64,000 bases of DNA from Octopus bimaculoides (Eukaryota). Under the pieces are notes generated by a model that saw only the letters and a list, made by a program, of their open reading frames with translations, was not told the origin of the DNA and searched no databases. Position numbers and translations under genes: made by a program. Positions within the stretch are counted from its first letter, which is position 1; every line of letters begins with the position of its first letter. Shown piece by piece: positions 37,649 to 51,500 of the stretch. The DNA is taken from the NCBI RefSeq assembly GCF_001194135.2, contig NC_069005.1, forward strand, positions 3,963,924 through 4,027,923. Direction: 5' to 3'.

Positions 37649-39038
37649 TATGTATTTATATATGTATACATCATACATGCCTATATAATATATATATATT
37701 ATATATATATTATATATATATTATATATATATATATTATATCGAAATATTATATATACATAAATAAATGCATGCATCCATACATTTTTACTTAGTGTGTA
37801 GGAATAAGTTAATGCATTCGTGTGTGAAAGATATGAATGGGATCTGGTCGTTCTCTGCGACGAATTTTAATGTTCGTGCTTGTTCCTCATGGATTCCATT
37901 TACATTTCACCGAATATGTTACACTTGACTTACCAATTAATTAACTCATTTCATTAAAGTAAAAATTAATTTAATTAATCACGTGTTCAATTTTGAAAGT
38001 TTGTATTGCAAGAAATTTTTATTAAAAATTTCGATAAGCCTCAGACTATATCTTTAGTCAATTTCAAGCTCGCAACATAAATAGATAAATAGATTGATAA
38101 AATACAGCAGTTTCACAAACGAAGATAAATCAACTTATCATTTATCTTCCATGCATCTCTCTAATTCGAATCAATTGATCTATAAAGAAATAAATATATA
38201 ACATTATTGCTTATGTGGCTAATGGCAGATAAGCACCCACGTTGGTCTGCCACTAGTATTTAAAATGCCATAAATTCATTTTTTTTTCTATTCCTCCGTT
38301 TAAATTTAATACATCGTACCTTGCATAAGCAATACCGACTTGGCGAAGTTTTTCTTCCTTTTCCGCTGTACATACGAATTTGAACGTCGGCCAACATCGT
38401 TTTATTTCAGTTTTTCTCATGCTACATGTGCGTGTATGTTCACAGATACATACAAACATACATGCATATGAACGCACGCAGACACACACACATACATGTT
38501 AGCTATTATCGATAGAAGCAGCTCTGTAACGAATATTAATTAACTCACCCAATCTAATATGGATGTGTTGTTTATAGAGCAGTAAATGTTCCAAAGCCAC
38601 ATTTTCTATAGGTTGACAAACGCTGAAATTCCTTCCTAATCAGTTTGATTGATTTTTATTCTGGCATTGTTGCTTGGTTTCCTACTGTCGATGTGCCGCA
38701 ATACGGTGGAATCATGTCACACAGTAGTGCCATCCACCGTTGCTGACGAAATTTACTCAACCGATGTAGAATTTCGATGCTTTTTAGCATTCGTCGACTA
38801 TACAAAATTATTGTTCGGCGCATTTATTTCCGACGATGTTCATATTCTTATAAGACCATACACCCATCTCCCATATTGATCTACAGCTGATGAAACACTT
38901 ACAGCTGAGAAAAGGCCAACGAGGCAGCATCTACATATTTTTCTCGACATGTTAGATATAGCACCGAAATACTATCTATAATTGCACACTGGTCTATTTC
39001 AAAAGAAATTACATATTCGGCAATATTTATAGATGTTT

Positions 39039-39252
39039 AAAGGGTCGAGCTATCAGAATTTTTAGCAGCCATGTAATATGCTTAGCGGCATTTTGTCAGT
39101 CTTCACTTTTTGAGTTCAAATTCCGCCGAGATCGACATTGGCGTTCATAGTTTCGGAGTCGATAGAATAAGTTCTAGATGAATACTGGGGTTGATGTAAT
39201 CGATTTACCCACATTCTGATATTGCTGGCCCCCGTGCCTAAATTTGAAATCA
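39039..39252 (+). mobile_element. SINE family A
   Basis: atgcttagcggcattttgtc...gagttcaaattccgccgagatcgac...gagtcgatagaataag...actggggttgatgtaatcga. Confidence 0.85.
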
Positions 39253-39600
39253 AGTCTTATAGATTCATAAAATAGCAGTATGATCACGGTTGTAGATTTT
39301 TAAAAAAAATGATAATAAGGGCTCTCGTAGAATATTCTCCTTGACGCTGACTTAGTGGGAAACTTCAGAAAGAGTTGCCTGCTTAGCTAATAGCGAGATG
39401 ATAGGGAAGAAGGAAAAATAATTTAGTCTGGTGGTAACCAATAATGTTTCCGTTCACTTCGCTCTAAGAACAAGCAATATGCAAGTAGTTCTCAACCTTT
39501 TTTTAACCTATGCACAACATTACTGTATGTCAGGATTCCATTCACCATGATACCAAGATTATCTCTCAAAAATTATTTTCCATATATATATTTGTGTGTG

Positions 39601-39647
<47 letters not shown>

Positions 39648-40411
39648 ATGGATGGATTGTTTTTATATTCTATGGTGTTGATTGTATACTTAGAGTGGTT
39701 CAGAGTTGATGCCTTAGCTTCAAATGATTTATTTGAAATTCATGCATTGTGTATCTGTTGCACTAGATTTATATTCAATCTCGTTTATTTATTTCAATGT
39801 CCTCAAAATGTATTCCCAAACAGGGAATAATAAACAACATTTGGAACAATTCTCACTCAAGAATTCCACTAAAATCATACCTAGACCAACAATGATATGT
39901 ATAAAACATCTATTTTTTAAGAGAACGAAAGCATCATAAACAGTAGATGTCAGAAAGCCTATTTCTATTTTTCAAAACAAACAGAAGAACAACCTAGCTG
40001 AAAGGAGAAATATTTGGCACTGGAACTCGTAAATGTATGCCACAAAATGTAAAAGTGAAGTGGTAGGAATTGGAAGGATACACATTCCCAGGCCTCTTTT
40101 ATGCAGATTTCAAATCCATTGGAGACATTTGTTGAATCTGCATACACTCTGATAAACTATAAATCTACAACTAACAGATGAGTGTGCATGGACCAATCTG
40201 ATGTGAAATCAGATAACAAACACTTTCTAATACAGTGAAGCCAATACATATTAACATGTAAAAAGAAAGGAGATGAACATATCAGAGAGAAACCTATAAA
40301 AATAATATAACAGCGATGCCTATACTAGTCGAAAATTATCACGTAAAATTAAGTAGTGGTCTTTATATATTCATCTCTATACTAAGGACATTTTAGGTTC
40401 GAAACATTATA

Positions 40412-40455
<44 letters not shown>

Positions 40456-40787
40456 CACGGCGGTGCCCTAGCATGCCCACAGCTGTGTGTGTATGTGTGT
40501 GTATAGCCCTGGCTGGGCTATTAAAGGTCTTGATATTTTTCGTTTTGCTTTGGAATTAGTTTAGATTGCAAACAATTTGTAGAATCTGTATTGGATTTGT
40601 ACGAACTTTGTATTAAAGAACGTCTACGTCTATATTTTCTTCCTTATTATGTATATATACTCCAGCATACATACCGACACATACATTCTTATATGCATAT
40701 GTGTACATATGTGTGTGCATATTGTTCTGTCCTGCAAGTTAAAAAAAAATTATTTTCTTTACTTTATATTTTATCGGATTTTGTCAT

Positions 40788-40853
40788 TCTGCGCATTCGC
40801 AGGACGATTTGTTAAAGGCACGCCTTTAACAAATCGTCCTGCGAATGCGCAGA
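40788..40853. repeat. Perfect 32-bp inverted repeat with 2-nt spacer
   Basis: tctgcgcattcgcaggacgatttgttaaaggc-ac-gcctttaacaaatcgtcctgcgaatgcgcaga. Confidence 0.98.
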
Positions 40854-43800
40854 TTTTCGTTTTGATTTCTTGACCAGGTCATGTGTTGTGATCGCGTGCC
40901 AAACACCTCGGTACACGTTAAGTCCACTCAGGTGGCAAAAATTATTAATCTCGCGACTATGTGGGTTACATATACGACATGGAATCCCTAAAACCCAGTT
41001 TATGACCCGGGAAAGAATTGTTTTGTCTCTTTCTAGTACCTTCCACTCTTGATATACACCCACTAATACTTTTCCGATTTTGAAAATTCTCCTCGAATCG
41101 CTTTTAGTTTTATTCGCATTTGCTGTATAGAATTTTAAGTAACGTCCTCTATTTTCAAATTTGAGTAATAGGATCATGCGAACGTGACTTACACCTCGCC
41201 TTTGAAGAAAAAATAACAATGAAAGAAACGGACGGATAATTAGTGACAACAACACAGATCCGTTATTGTTGTGCAACTTCCGTGTTTTGTTCGATTATAC
41301 TTCAGGCTTGTTTTTATGTATTAGCCCTCTGAAATATCACGTAAATTTTTGATTCATCTTCTGAGAATTTAAAACAAATAAAGGATTAACACCAACCTTC
41401 TAAACTTTCGAACTTTGGAAAGTATTTCAGTACTGTTTTATTTGCTCAAGATTGGCGTATTTTCTTCAGCGAATTCAAAGAGTGTCAGGTGATCGTCTTT
41501 AGGGTTATAAACACACATTTTCAAAGTTGGTTTTCGTAACAGATCTATTGCATTTCGGATTAGCTTTATAGGAATTGCAGAATTGAAAAGTTGTTGCCAA
41601 AAAAACTATGATGCATGCACACACAGACACACACACACTATTAGAAAAAATCTACTTAAAATCTAGTTCGAATTAAAAGCCCAATTTCACAAAAAATACC
41701 CCTTGCCCTTCCAATTGTTTTATTCTTCACATTGCAAAAAAAATCACCAAAGGTAGCTAATCACACATACATTTTAACATGTACACAGGCATTTACGGAT
41801 TAGGCTTGCTATTAGAGTGATGCACAAGTTAAACCATACACATCCTGCCATTCCCGAATATGCTCAGCTGTTTCATAGAGACGCTATTTTAAAAGCCTCA
41901 TACCACAACTAGTATTTCACTTAAATCCTGTTCGACATTGTCGTAAAGAATCGTCACGTTAGACAATGTAGTGATTATTGACATAATGTCGGTTACAGCC
42001 AAATTATGTTAATTCATTAAATATTCAATTTAAAAAAAGCAAGCAATTATTTTATTAATGATGAATTAGGCGCAAAAATGACAAGTTTGATAACATGGCA
42101 ATATAATATCATGAGAATAATTAATTAATTAATTAAGAAATGTGATTGGGCATGTGATTCTAGCTCTTAAAATCATGTTGGTAATTTTATTGGTGTTTAG
42201 ATCGAATTGGAGTTATTAGATGAGACTTAATTGAGATTTTACTTTAGATATTAAAATAACTACATATGTTTGTAAGTTGTTCAGTTACATTTGAAAATAT
42301 CAGAGATACAAATAAGAATGTTTTCTTCGCGGTTAGAACACATTCTCTCCTAGGTCCTCAGAATCAGCTCTTTACAAATGACAACAAACACATATTAATA
42401 AAATAATAACGAGCGAGAACACGAAATATTTTTCGATGATAACAGAGATTTTTACCTGTCACTTTCCATTGAACGTTATGATATAATCCGTAGAGAGAGT
42501 GCAGTAACGTTATAAAGCCGTAGTTTCGAATGAATGAATAAATTGTAATAAATGTTCGCAGCGTTTTTCCAATCTCGTTTTTACATCCAACCTCGTATAT
42601 TCTGTTTGAAAGCATTCAAGAAGTATTGGCAAACAGGGAATAATAATGATTTTGTTTTTGGAAGAATAATCAGTAAAGAATTGAACAAAATCCACACCGA
42701 TACCTACCAATTATTATATAAACATACATACGAATGCATAGACACCCACACACCCTTTCAAACGTACAGACACTGGTCCATCTAAACATGTATATGTGTT
42801 TTGTGTGCGTGTATTTATAAACACACACACGTGTGTGTGTATATATATATGTATATATAAAATGTGTATCTATGTATATTGTGTGAAGAGAATAAAAACG
42901 TCATATACATCACATGGCTGAGAATCTATTTCTACCTTAAAAATGTAACAAAACCATAAACCAAACGATTGGAAGAAAAGACATTTTGGTTAGAGTATTC
43001 ATAAATATCGAATGCTAAACTTGCTGGATTTACAAAATATATATTCAAATTCTAAAACCTCTTCAATGCATATACGAAATCCATTAGAGACTTTTCCAAC
43101 ATCTATTTATTCGCTGAGAAATCTATGAACTTATATGAAACAGAATAAACGCTGATATGAAGATCCGTTGGGGACTCCTTCCACGTCAATATTTCCGTTG
43201 AAAACTATAAAACTATAGAAAACAGAATAAAGTACCTACACGAAACTGATGTCCAATCATATAGCAAACATAGTGAAATATGCACATCCCCAGGCATATT
43301 GAAACATGACGAAAGAGTAACATAGACAAGCGGATTGGTTAGACATATGAGCAGAAGATTTAGTCATGCGTATACGTTTTATCACCGGGAAGAGCTATGC
43401 AGAAACCTTCATAACAAGTTCTTAACGTTCAATAATAAAATCTAGAATATGTATACTGGTTGCAGAGAGTGAACATGTCCTGAGCCCTATCGCTTTAAAT
43501 ATTTAATACTTCAAACAAAAAACTATTCTAATAAAAGCAGCAATAGCTTTATAATGAAGTGATTTAACAATCGCAGCGAACATTACGTTCGAACCAAAGA
43601 CAGTACGTTTCCATTAATTTCGTAATTTTGTTTCCTTGCTCATGCTATATGTGGTTCTTAAGTGTTTATAGTAATATAAATATTATTATCCACCTTTATG
43701 CTGACAGAGTGCGGGATCCAAGCTCCGAATTCAGTGCGTGTTATAAGTTCCACGCTCGGGGAATTCCAATAATCCAGTGTTCTGAAGGTACACATTACTT

Positions 43801-44888
43801 ATCAGCCCCCAAATATACGGAAGGAAAATATTGGAGCTACTTTCAAAGTGATCTAACGAAACTGCCAATTATAACATTATAAGTAACATAAAAACTGTGC
43901 AAAAGATCAAGAGATAGACATATTCAGTGTAATCAAGATCAATTGCAGCGAAAAAATTTTACGTATAGAGAATAAATTATACATTATACGCAAACTAATG
44001 TGATCTCAACCATGGTATCTCCAAACATGATTTGGAAAATATATTATGCACCAGTTATTGCCCTTCAAATATACCAGTGACTGTTCAATACACATAATGT
44101 TAAGGTTAACTGTACTTACTTTGATAGCCTTACTTCCAGTACTAAACGCCGCAACTTGGATATACACATGCCTTAGATCAACCCCTCACACCCATCGACC
44201 CATTAGATAAATTCTCTTACTTGCTTAAATGATTTTCGCTGTCCAAATCTGTGACATGTATTGCAAATCATGCACCACTGGATGGAAATTACTTTCAACA
44301 CTATAAGCCAATGGCATTTCCAGAATCTACATTCACAATATTGAACACGGTAAAACGCACAATCTTCGCCTTCTGAATTTTCATGTCTAGAGGAGGACAT
44401 ATTTTCACATCCCAATTCATTTTTGTTGCCCTTGCCTACAATTCTTGATTATATAATTGTCGGTTCTTCCCCTCCGAGAAATTTGATAAAACTAAAGCAA
44501 ACCTCGATATCACAAAACATAGAATACAAGGCGTTAAGTATTTCCTGTCACGAAGAAGCTTGTTTTTTTATGTCAGCTCCTGTCAAGAATGTCAAAAAGT
44601 GCGTCAACACCGAAATCATCGTACATGCTAATTGCGCTTCATAACCTAACAGTAATATAACAAATTTTGTACTGTAGTCTCTAACAATTGCCTTCTGTGC
44701 GAAAGTCAATGCTACGTGAGTCTAAACTTTCTACTGGCCTATAAGGTACCTCGTTTCTAGGATATTTAATTTAAGAGGAAGAATACATTTACGAAGGATT
44801 AGATGTTTCTCCTTCCGTGCTTTGCAAAGGTCTATAGCGGTGGTCTTTGCGAACATCAAGTACATATCTAACACTATAAACACATCAA

Positions 44889-45125
44889 AAAGGCGGCGAG
44901 CTGCCAGAAACGTTAACACGCAGGGTGAAATGCTTGGCGGTATTTCGTCTGCCGTTACGTTCTGGGTTCAAATTCCACTAAGGTCGACTTTGCCGTTCAT
45001 CCTTTCGGGGTCGATTAAATAAGTATCAGTTACGGACTGGGGTCGTTGTAATCAACTTAATCACTTTGTCTGTCCTTATTTTTCCTCTCTATGTTTAGCT
45101 CCCTGCGGGTAATAAATAAATAATT
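44889..45125 (+). mobile_element. SINE family A, near full length
   Basis: aaggcggcgagctgccagaaacgttaacacgc...gggttcaaattcc...ggtcgactttgccgttcatcctttcggggtcgattaaataagta. Confidence 0.92.
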
Positions 45126-45182
45126 ATAAACATGCCAAAGTCGTTTTGTGATTTCATACTTTGTTTGTATTGCACGTTTGTA

Positions 45183-45540
45183 GTAAGAAACTTGCATTTC
45201 AACCACATGATTCCGGGTTCAGTCCTACTGCCTGACCCCTTGCGTAAGTGTCTTCTATTGTAGCCTCACGAGGACCAGTACCTTGCGAGTGGATTTGGTA
45301 GATGGAAACTAAAAGAAACTGACCGTAAATATAAATATATATATATCAATGTATATGCGCCTCTGTATCTTTGTTTGTTCATCATCACTGCTTGACAACC
45401 GGAGTTGGTATGTTTACTTCCATGGACCTAGCAGTTCGGCAAAAATAGATTGTGTCGATTTGGTCGACGGAATCCCTTCAAGGAGGTGTCCCAGCATGGC
45501 CGCAGTCAAGCGATTGAAACTAGTAATAGAATAAAAAGTA
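45183..45540 (+). mobile_element. SINE family B, near full length
   Basis: caaccacatgattccgggttcagtcc...aagtgtcttcta...gagtggatttggtaga...gcttgacaaccg...ggtgtcccagcatggccgcagtc. Confidence 0.9.
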
Positions 45541-45553
45541 AAATATAAAGTTG

Positions 45554-45670
45554 CACACACACGTATACGTGAATGCATAAACACACTCGTACACTTACAC
45601 ACGCTAACACACACACGTATACGTGAATGCATAAACACACTCGTACACTTACACACGCTAACACACACAC
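45554..45670. repeat. Exact 54-bp tandem duplication within a CA-rich tract
   Basis: acacacgtatacgtgaatgcataaacacactcgtacacttacacacgcta occurs twice with period 54. Confidence 0.9.
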
Positions 45671-46706
45671 GCGCACATACTCACAAACACAAAACACACA
45701 TGTACGCACGCAGGCGTACGCACAGCGAAACAGACCAAAAAACACGCATGCATACACAACACACAGAGAAACAAACACGCACACACACAGACACAGAATT
45801 GCATACACATTCGTACACACACACACACAAACAGACACATACACACATGAATACGGGCCAGTAGTAGCTGTGTACCGGTACATCATCCAATGAGTAGTTT
45901 GTATATCCTTACTGCATCACGTTTCGTTTCCCAAACGTTTTGTACAGCTTCCGGTCCAGTTTTATTCACCCGTGTTTTTATTTTCTCTGTCGCACACCTA
46001 TATACACACACACATATAAACATATATTCACACACACGCACATATATACCTATTTTTGCGTGATACATAGACAAAAAGGTTTATCGCACCAAAAGTCAAA
46101 TACCACAAATGATTAGACGAAATCAAATAAATGCCAACTTTTCCCCGAAACTCAAAGCAGGAGGCGGAACCACATACTATGAGATTACGAACAATCCAAC
46201 ACCTGAATATAAGTCCAGCAAACAATATTCTATCCTCTTCGTTCGGTAGTTAAGTGTCTATAAAAGGCACTTAACCATCGAGTCAATATAGTAACCGTAA
46301 ATTATAATTAGATTAACTGTATTGGGCTCACAGCAAACACATTCAACAGGAAATACATTCAGCATACCTGATCGATAAATGAAAGAATTTTCCTCTCACT
46401 TTTCCAAAAGGTTTCTAGCCTGAATAACATCAGAATCAATAATACCACAATAATATCATCTCTAATGGAAACTATATAAGCGAAAAATCAACAGGATTAT
46501 GGGTAGTCGTTGAGTTTGTTCCATATAATACATATTTTTAGAAGTTGGTTTAATACTTTGAGTAATATATATTTTGGTAGAGTAAGTCTCAAAAGACAAA
46601 GAGAAGAGTTACTTATATTGTTGTGTTACAAATATTGTCTTATCGTCAACTAGTGGTATCTATGGGCAGAAAATTCTACATCTCCAAACACACGATGATA
46701 AATTTC

Positions 46707-46736
46707 GGGTTAGGGTTAGGGTTAGGGTTAGAGTTA
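46707..46736 (+). repeat. Short interstitial (TTAGGG)n tract
   Basis: gggttagggttagggttagggttagagtta. Confidence 0.9.
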
Positions 46737-47169
46737 ACAGACTGCCATGGATTATGTTAAAATGTAGTCACTTGAACAAATGAACGAATTTTTCTCCATA
46801 AATTTGATCCAAATGTATACGAATAATACACTTCAAAAAGGTGAAATTGGCGGCGTCAGCTTTATGCTGTAAAATCTGGTTACACAATAAAGGACTAAAA
46901 GGGAGGAAATCAGACTGCTTTGAAACATAGATCCAAACCATTTTCAGTTTTCCTCTTTCATTAAAACCCAATGGACACTGTAAGAATACTGACGTACATC
47001 CAGTGACAATTATAACATAACTCTGGATGACATCAGGTTGCCTAAAAGTTGAAATCGGCATGCTACTAACTATATTCCCAAGGTCTTAATAATTGCTTAC
47101 ATTATATATATTAGGGAGAATTCACAAAAAAAAACAAAAACAAAGACAGGTCGTATAGACGGCAAACAG

Positions 47170-47312
47170 ATGTATTAGTTAGTTTAACGCTCGGGTAAAT
47201 AAAAAGTCTTTAACGTTTCGAGCCTATCGTCTTCCACAGAAAGCAACAAAGGAAGGAGCAAGGCGAGAAAATAAAGAGAGAAAATAAAGAATGTGTAGTG
47301 TCTAGCGATCTA
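47170..47312 (-). mobile_element. Short repeat with a decayed hammerhead-like motif (Penelope-type terminus, inferred)
   Basis: The reverse strand reads cttt-ctgtggaa-gacgataggctc-gaaac-gtt-aaag, next to a TA microsatellite. Confidence 0.45.
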
Positions 47313-47319
47313 CCATGGC

Positions 47320-47364
<45 letters not shown>

Positions 47365-48951
47365 AATAGATATACAGCCATGGTTATATGCATATACATA
47401 TATATATATATATACATACATATAATTTACAATTTTATATTCATCACTTATGGACAGACAATTGAAAATTACAAGCAGCAAATAGCATAGACGAAATGTC
47501 AAATTCTTTTGAGTGGCACTTCGTGCGTATATGTGCATTTGCGTGTGTGTGTGTAATATCTATAAATGTATTATGAATACATGTAACTATATATATATAT
47601 AGCTAGCTAGCTAGCTATATAGATAAATAGATAGATGTATATACGCATATTTACGTTTCCCCCCAACCTGACAGATGACCGCGCTATCGTCGTATCATCT
47701 GAGGTCAATATGTGTGGGTGTTTGTGAGTGTGGGTGTATTTCTACATATATACACATACATTTAGTAGTATTTGAAATGAGTCTCTATTACCGAGGTGTC
47801 TGTATTTTTCAGCTAGGCGTTGAGCACATCAAAATAAATTTCCACATTAATTTCCTGTCGTCGATCTTATCATTGGTTTACTTCTAACCAGGAATCACTG
47901 ACGTATGTGATATAAGTAACATTTAAATATATATATATATATATATCACATTAAATAACACGAAAATGATATTAGTGAAAAGTTATTACAGACGTTTTGC
48001 TTTAAAATTCGGACCTTCTACCGGTCCTCTTGACCTACTAGAAATAGCAATTAATTCATTTCAAATCCCTCCTTACCGTCTCAAGTAACGGCTCGATACA
48101 CGGTTCTTTATAAATTAGTTCTCATGCGCAATACTTGTCTACAGACAGAAAGATTTTAATCATAATACTTCTCACTCAAAACTACGGAGAGTGAATCTAC
48201 ATCATCACCAGGTTCTGCAAACGATGCCCCGTTAATCTGCATCATGGGATTTAGACGAATTCATTTGCAATATTTATTTACTCGACTGGCGTTCTAATTT
48301 CACATGCAATCGGAGGCAGCTTCGCCTGTGATATTTCTGCAACAGCTGGTATATTTTACTGCATAATGGATTCACAGAGCTTTTGAACAGAAAAAGAAAA
48401 GGAATCCAAAATACTTTACTTGCAAATGAATATCGGAAAATTTCGTTTTCCTACAAACTAGAAATGGACATTTCCTCCCCTGCTAACGGAACAAAGGTAA
48501 TGCGCAATATAAAAATTTCAACACGACTATGATGAAACGAGGGATTCTCAACATGGAAATCTATCAGATACGAAGCGGTTAAGGCGACATAGTGGGAGTA
48601 TTGTAATGTTTCTCCGACACTTTGTGTCGAATTTCAAATTGTTTCGGTCCGTCCAGGAATGGAATGCTTCATACAACGGTCAGTTTAATACCGCAAAACT
48701 GTGGCTAGATTTTTGGCTTAGGCGAGATTTTTTTTTCTTGCTTAGCAGAACCATAAGTGTTTATATCGATCACAAACCAACAGTAAATATTTCACCGTAG
48801 TACTAACAGTAGTACGTATCTTTGTGCAGAAATAATTATCCAGTCCGCATAAGCAAGAACTGCTGAGTTATATTTCATCAAAAGTTATGTGAGACTCATA
48901 TGAACTCAACACACTTCTCGCTTTTGGCATGCGTGTACGTTTGAGTGTGTG

Positions 48952-49000
<49 letters not shown>

Positions 49001-50029
49001 ATATATATGCATAAAGGAAGTGGGATGGTGAAAGGTCAACGGTGAAACAAGCATCAAGCGGCGCTTCAACTCTGTAAGTATGTGTGTGCGTATAAAAGGA
49101 ATGTTAAAGTCTATGTAGGTGCATGTTAGTGTAAAATATATTTGTATATTTGAGTGAGTGTAAAAGTGTTTCTGTATGTTTGTTTAGAAAGATACATAGA
49201 AAATAAAATTACAGACACACGCACATTTACACATGCGTATAGATATGTATATAAAAAGACACACTTTAAAAAAAAAAGGAAGCGGGCTGTGACAAAGTAT
49301 ATAAAACCGCGTTCGCTATAGACTCAGCTACTCATACATATAAATGTATACATATGCATGCACGCACACACACAGAGTTGAAGCACTGCTTGATTCTGTT
49401 TTCACATATTGTAAGCTTTTTTATATATAATATACTACAAATAGCTGCCATTTTTGACGGCACGGCACCAGCTAATTGCACATATTAAATAACCTAGTTC
49501 CCACTAAATTTTAAGATGAATATAAGCAGATTTTTTTTTGTTTGAGAGAAACATATTCCCGGCACCAATATGCATAGAAATATATCTAATAAGCCCACAA
49601 GAAAAATGATATCATAATGGTCCCTTAATATATGTTTATACGTGTAGAATCGGAATAAAAAGGTCTGTAAAAATACGAAAAAAAAAACTTTTTTCTTTCA
49701 TGCACACATTTTACAAGCTATATCATAGCGACAGTTAAAGAAACGACACTTGAGAAAGCATAATACATTGCCGTGTTGGTTTATGTAATTTTCGGTATTT
49801 GCGAATAACTGGATATATTACCTGCACAGATAATTATCACACCTTTATTGCGCCTTGTTTCTTTCTAAATGTGTGTACTCATGCGAAACTTGAAACAACA
49901 CAAGCACATTTGCTAAAGCATCTTGCTTTTGTCACCTTGATAAATGGCGAAATAAATTACTACCTTCGCCAGGCGTCGCTCAGTACAATTATTTTTGAAG
50001 ACTTTTAGTGGATTCGTAATATAATATAA

Positions 50030-50150
50030 TATATACATATATATTCGTGTGTGTGTATATATGTATGTATATATATATATGTTCGTATATGTACATGTAT
50101 GTTTATAGATATGAATACATATATATATTTGTGTGTTTGTGCATATGTAC

Positions 50151-50184
<34 letters not shown>

Positions 50185-50187
50185 ACA

Positions 50188-50221
<34 letters not shown>

Positions 50222-51119
50222 TATATATGTATGTTTGTGTATGTGTATATGTGTGTGTGCGTGTGTATGCGTGTGTTTGGTAAAAACAAAAAAAAAATGA
50301 ATTTCGAAGGTTCTCCACCGCTATTTTTATAGATGAACTGATCGAATACGTCGATTACATAATGAAACATATTAGCTTTCATCAGGTGAGTTTAAAGCAA
50401 CGTAGAAGAATCGGAGTTACTCGCTTTGTTACACATCGATGTTTAACAAAGCGAGTCGCTCTCAAACTTCTGCTGCCTCACATTTTTACTCACCTGATGG
50501 AAGTAGATTTTGTTTCATGTTGGAATCGATGTAATCGATCTATTCAGCCATATAAAAAAATGCTGCTCAAACAGCTCTTGTGAACCTTTGCAATCCACTT
50601 TTTTATCTTATTTTTATACAAACGCTGTACCTAGAACGATTTAGGATCTATAATTTGCATTGGATCATGTTACTATGTATGTATCTATGCGCACATACAT
50701 ATATAAAAATATGTGTGTACTTGTGTGCGTGGTTCGTGTATATGCGTTTGTGTGTTCGTACGTATTCGCATCTATTGTGTTGTATATATTTACTAAATGT
50801 TGAGCTCAGCCCTTTCACAGCGCTCTAAATATTAAAATACCTACATTCAAACAAATCCTACGATTGATTAATTTGATACACATACACACATACACGCATA
50901 TATTCATACACACCTGAGTGTGTTTTTGTTTGTATGTACGTATCTGGATATGTAACTATCTGCATATTCATATTATATATATACATATATACGTATATAC
51001 ATCTATATATATATACACGTATGTATGCGTATATATATATATGTGTATATGTATACTTATATATATATATGCATATATATACACGTATGTATGCGTATAT
51101 ATATATGTGTATATGTATA

Positions 51120-51152
<33 letters not shown>

Positions 51153-51500
51153 GTATATGTATATATTCATACATATACATTGTGTGTCTGAGTTTCTGCA
51201 TGCATGTATTCTCTGCTTTCATCATCTCACAAGAAAATGTACAACAATGTATGCAGAATATCATCTATTTTACTGTAGATCTATATATGGATTTGAAGTC
51301 ATATGAGTATGTGCATCTCTCCACATATATCTGCATGCATACAAGTTAACTTTACATCGAGTGGCTTATTATATCTCTACCTCACATTTACCATTTACAT
51401 ATTGAAATATATTTGCACTATATACAATATATGCGCGAGTGTTTGCGTGCGCGCGCGTGTGTGTGCACATACATTCTATATACTACGTTATTGCATGTTA
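50030..51500. repeat. Two degenerate (TA)/(TG) tracts (50030-50275, 50880-51500) flanking a foldback element
   Basis: Seen directly. Includes a ~65-bp tandem duplication near 51005-51135. Confidence 0.85.
50322..50560. repeat. Imperfect ~240-bp foldback (MITE-like) with a 38-bp palindromic centre
   Basis: Centre actcgctttgtta-c-acatcgatgt-t-taacaaagcgagt (50419-50456). catcaggtgagt (50380-50391) pairs with actcacctgatg (50488-50499). Outer blocks cgattacat, atgaaaca and gaata are also mirrored. Confidence 0.8.

Noticed and set aside
38900-38950. Minus-strand MSRKICRCCLVGLFSA followed by GTAAGT as the first exon of a second secreted protein
   Set aside because: No compatible downstream exon was found on the minus strand.
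49298-49330. TATA box plus Inr-like TCAG at plausible spacing
   Set aside because: Common by chance in AT-rich DNA, and no gene model follows.
50333-50385. 53-nt exon-like segment with AG and GTGAGT boundaries (DELIEYVDYIMKHISFHQ)
   Set aside because: It lies in one arm of the 50322-50560 foldback and the donor is mirrored on the other arm, so it is better explained as repeat sequence.
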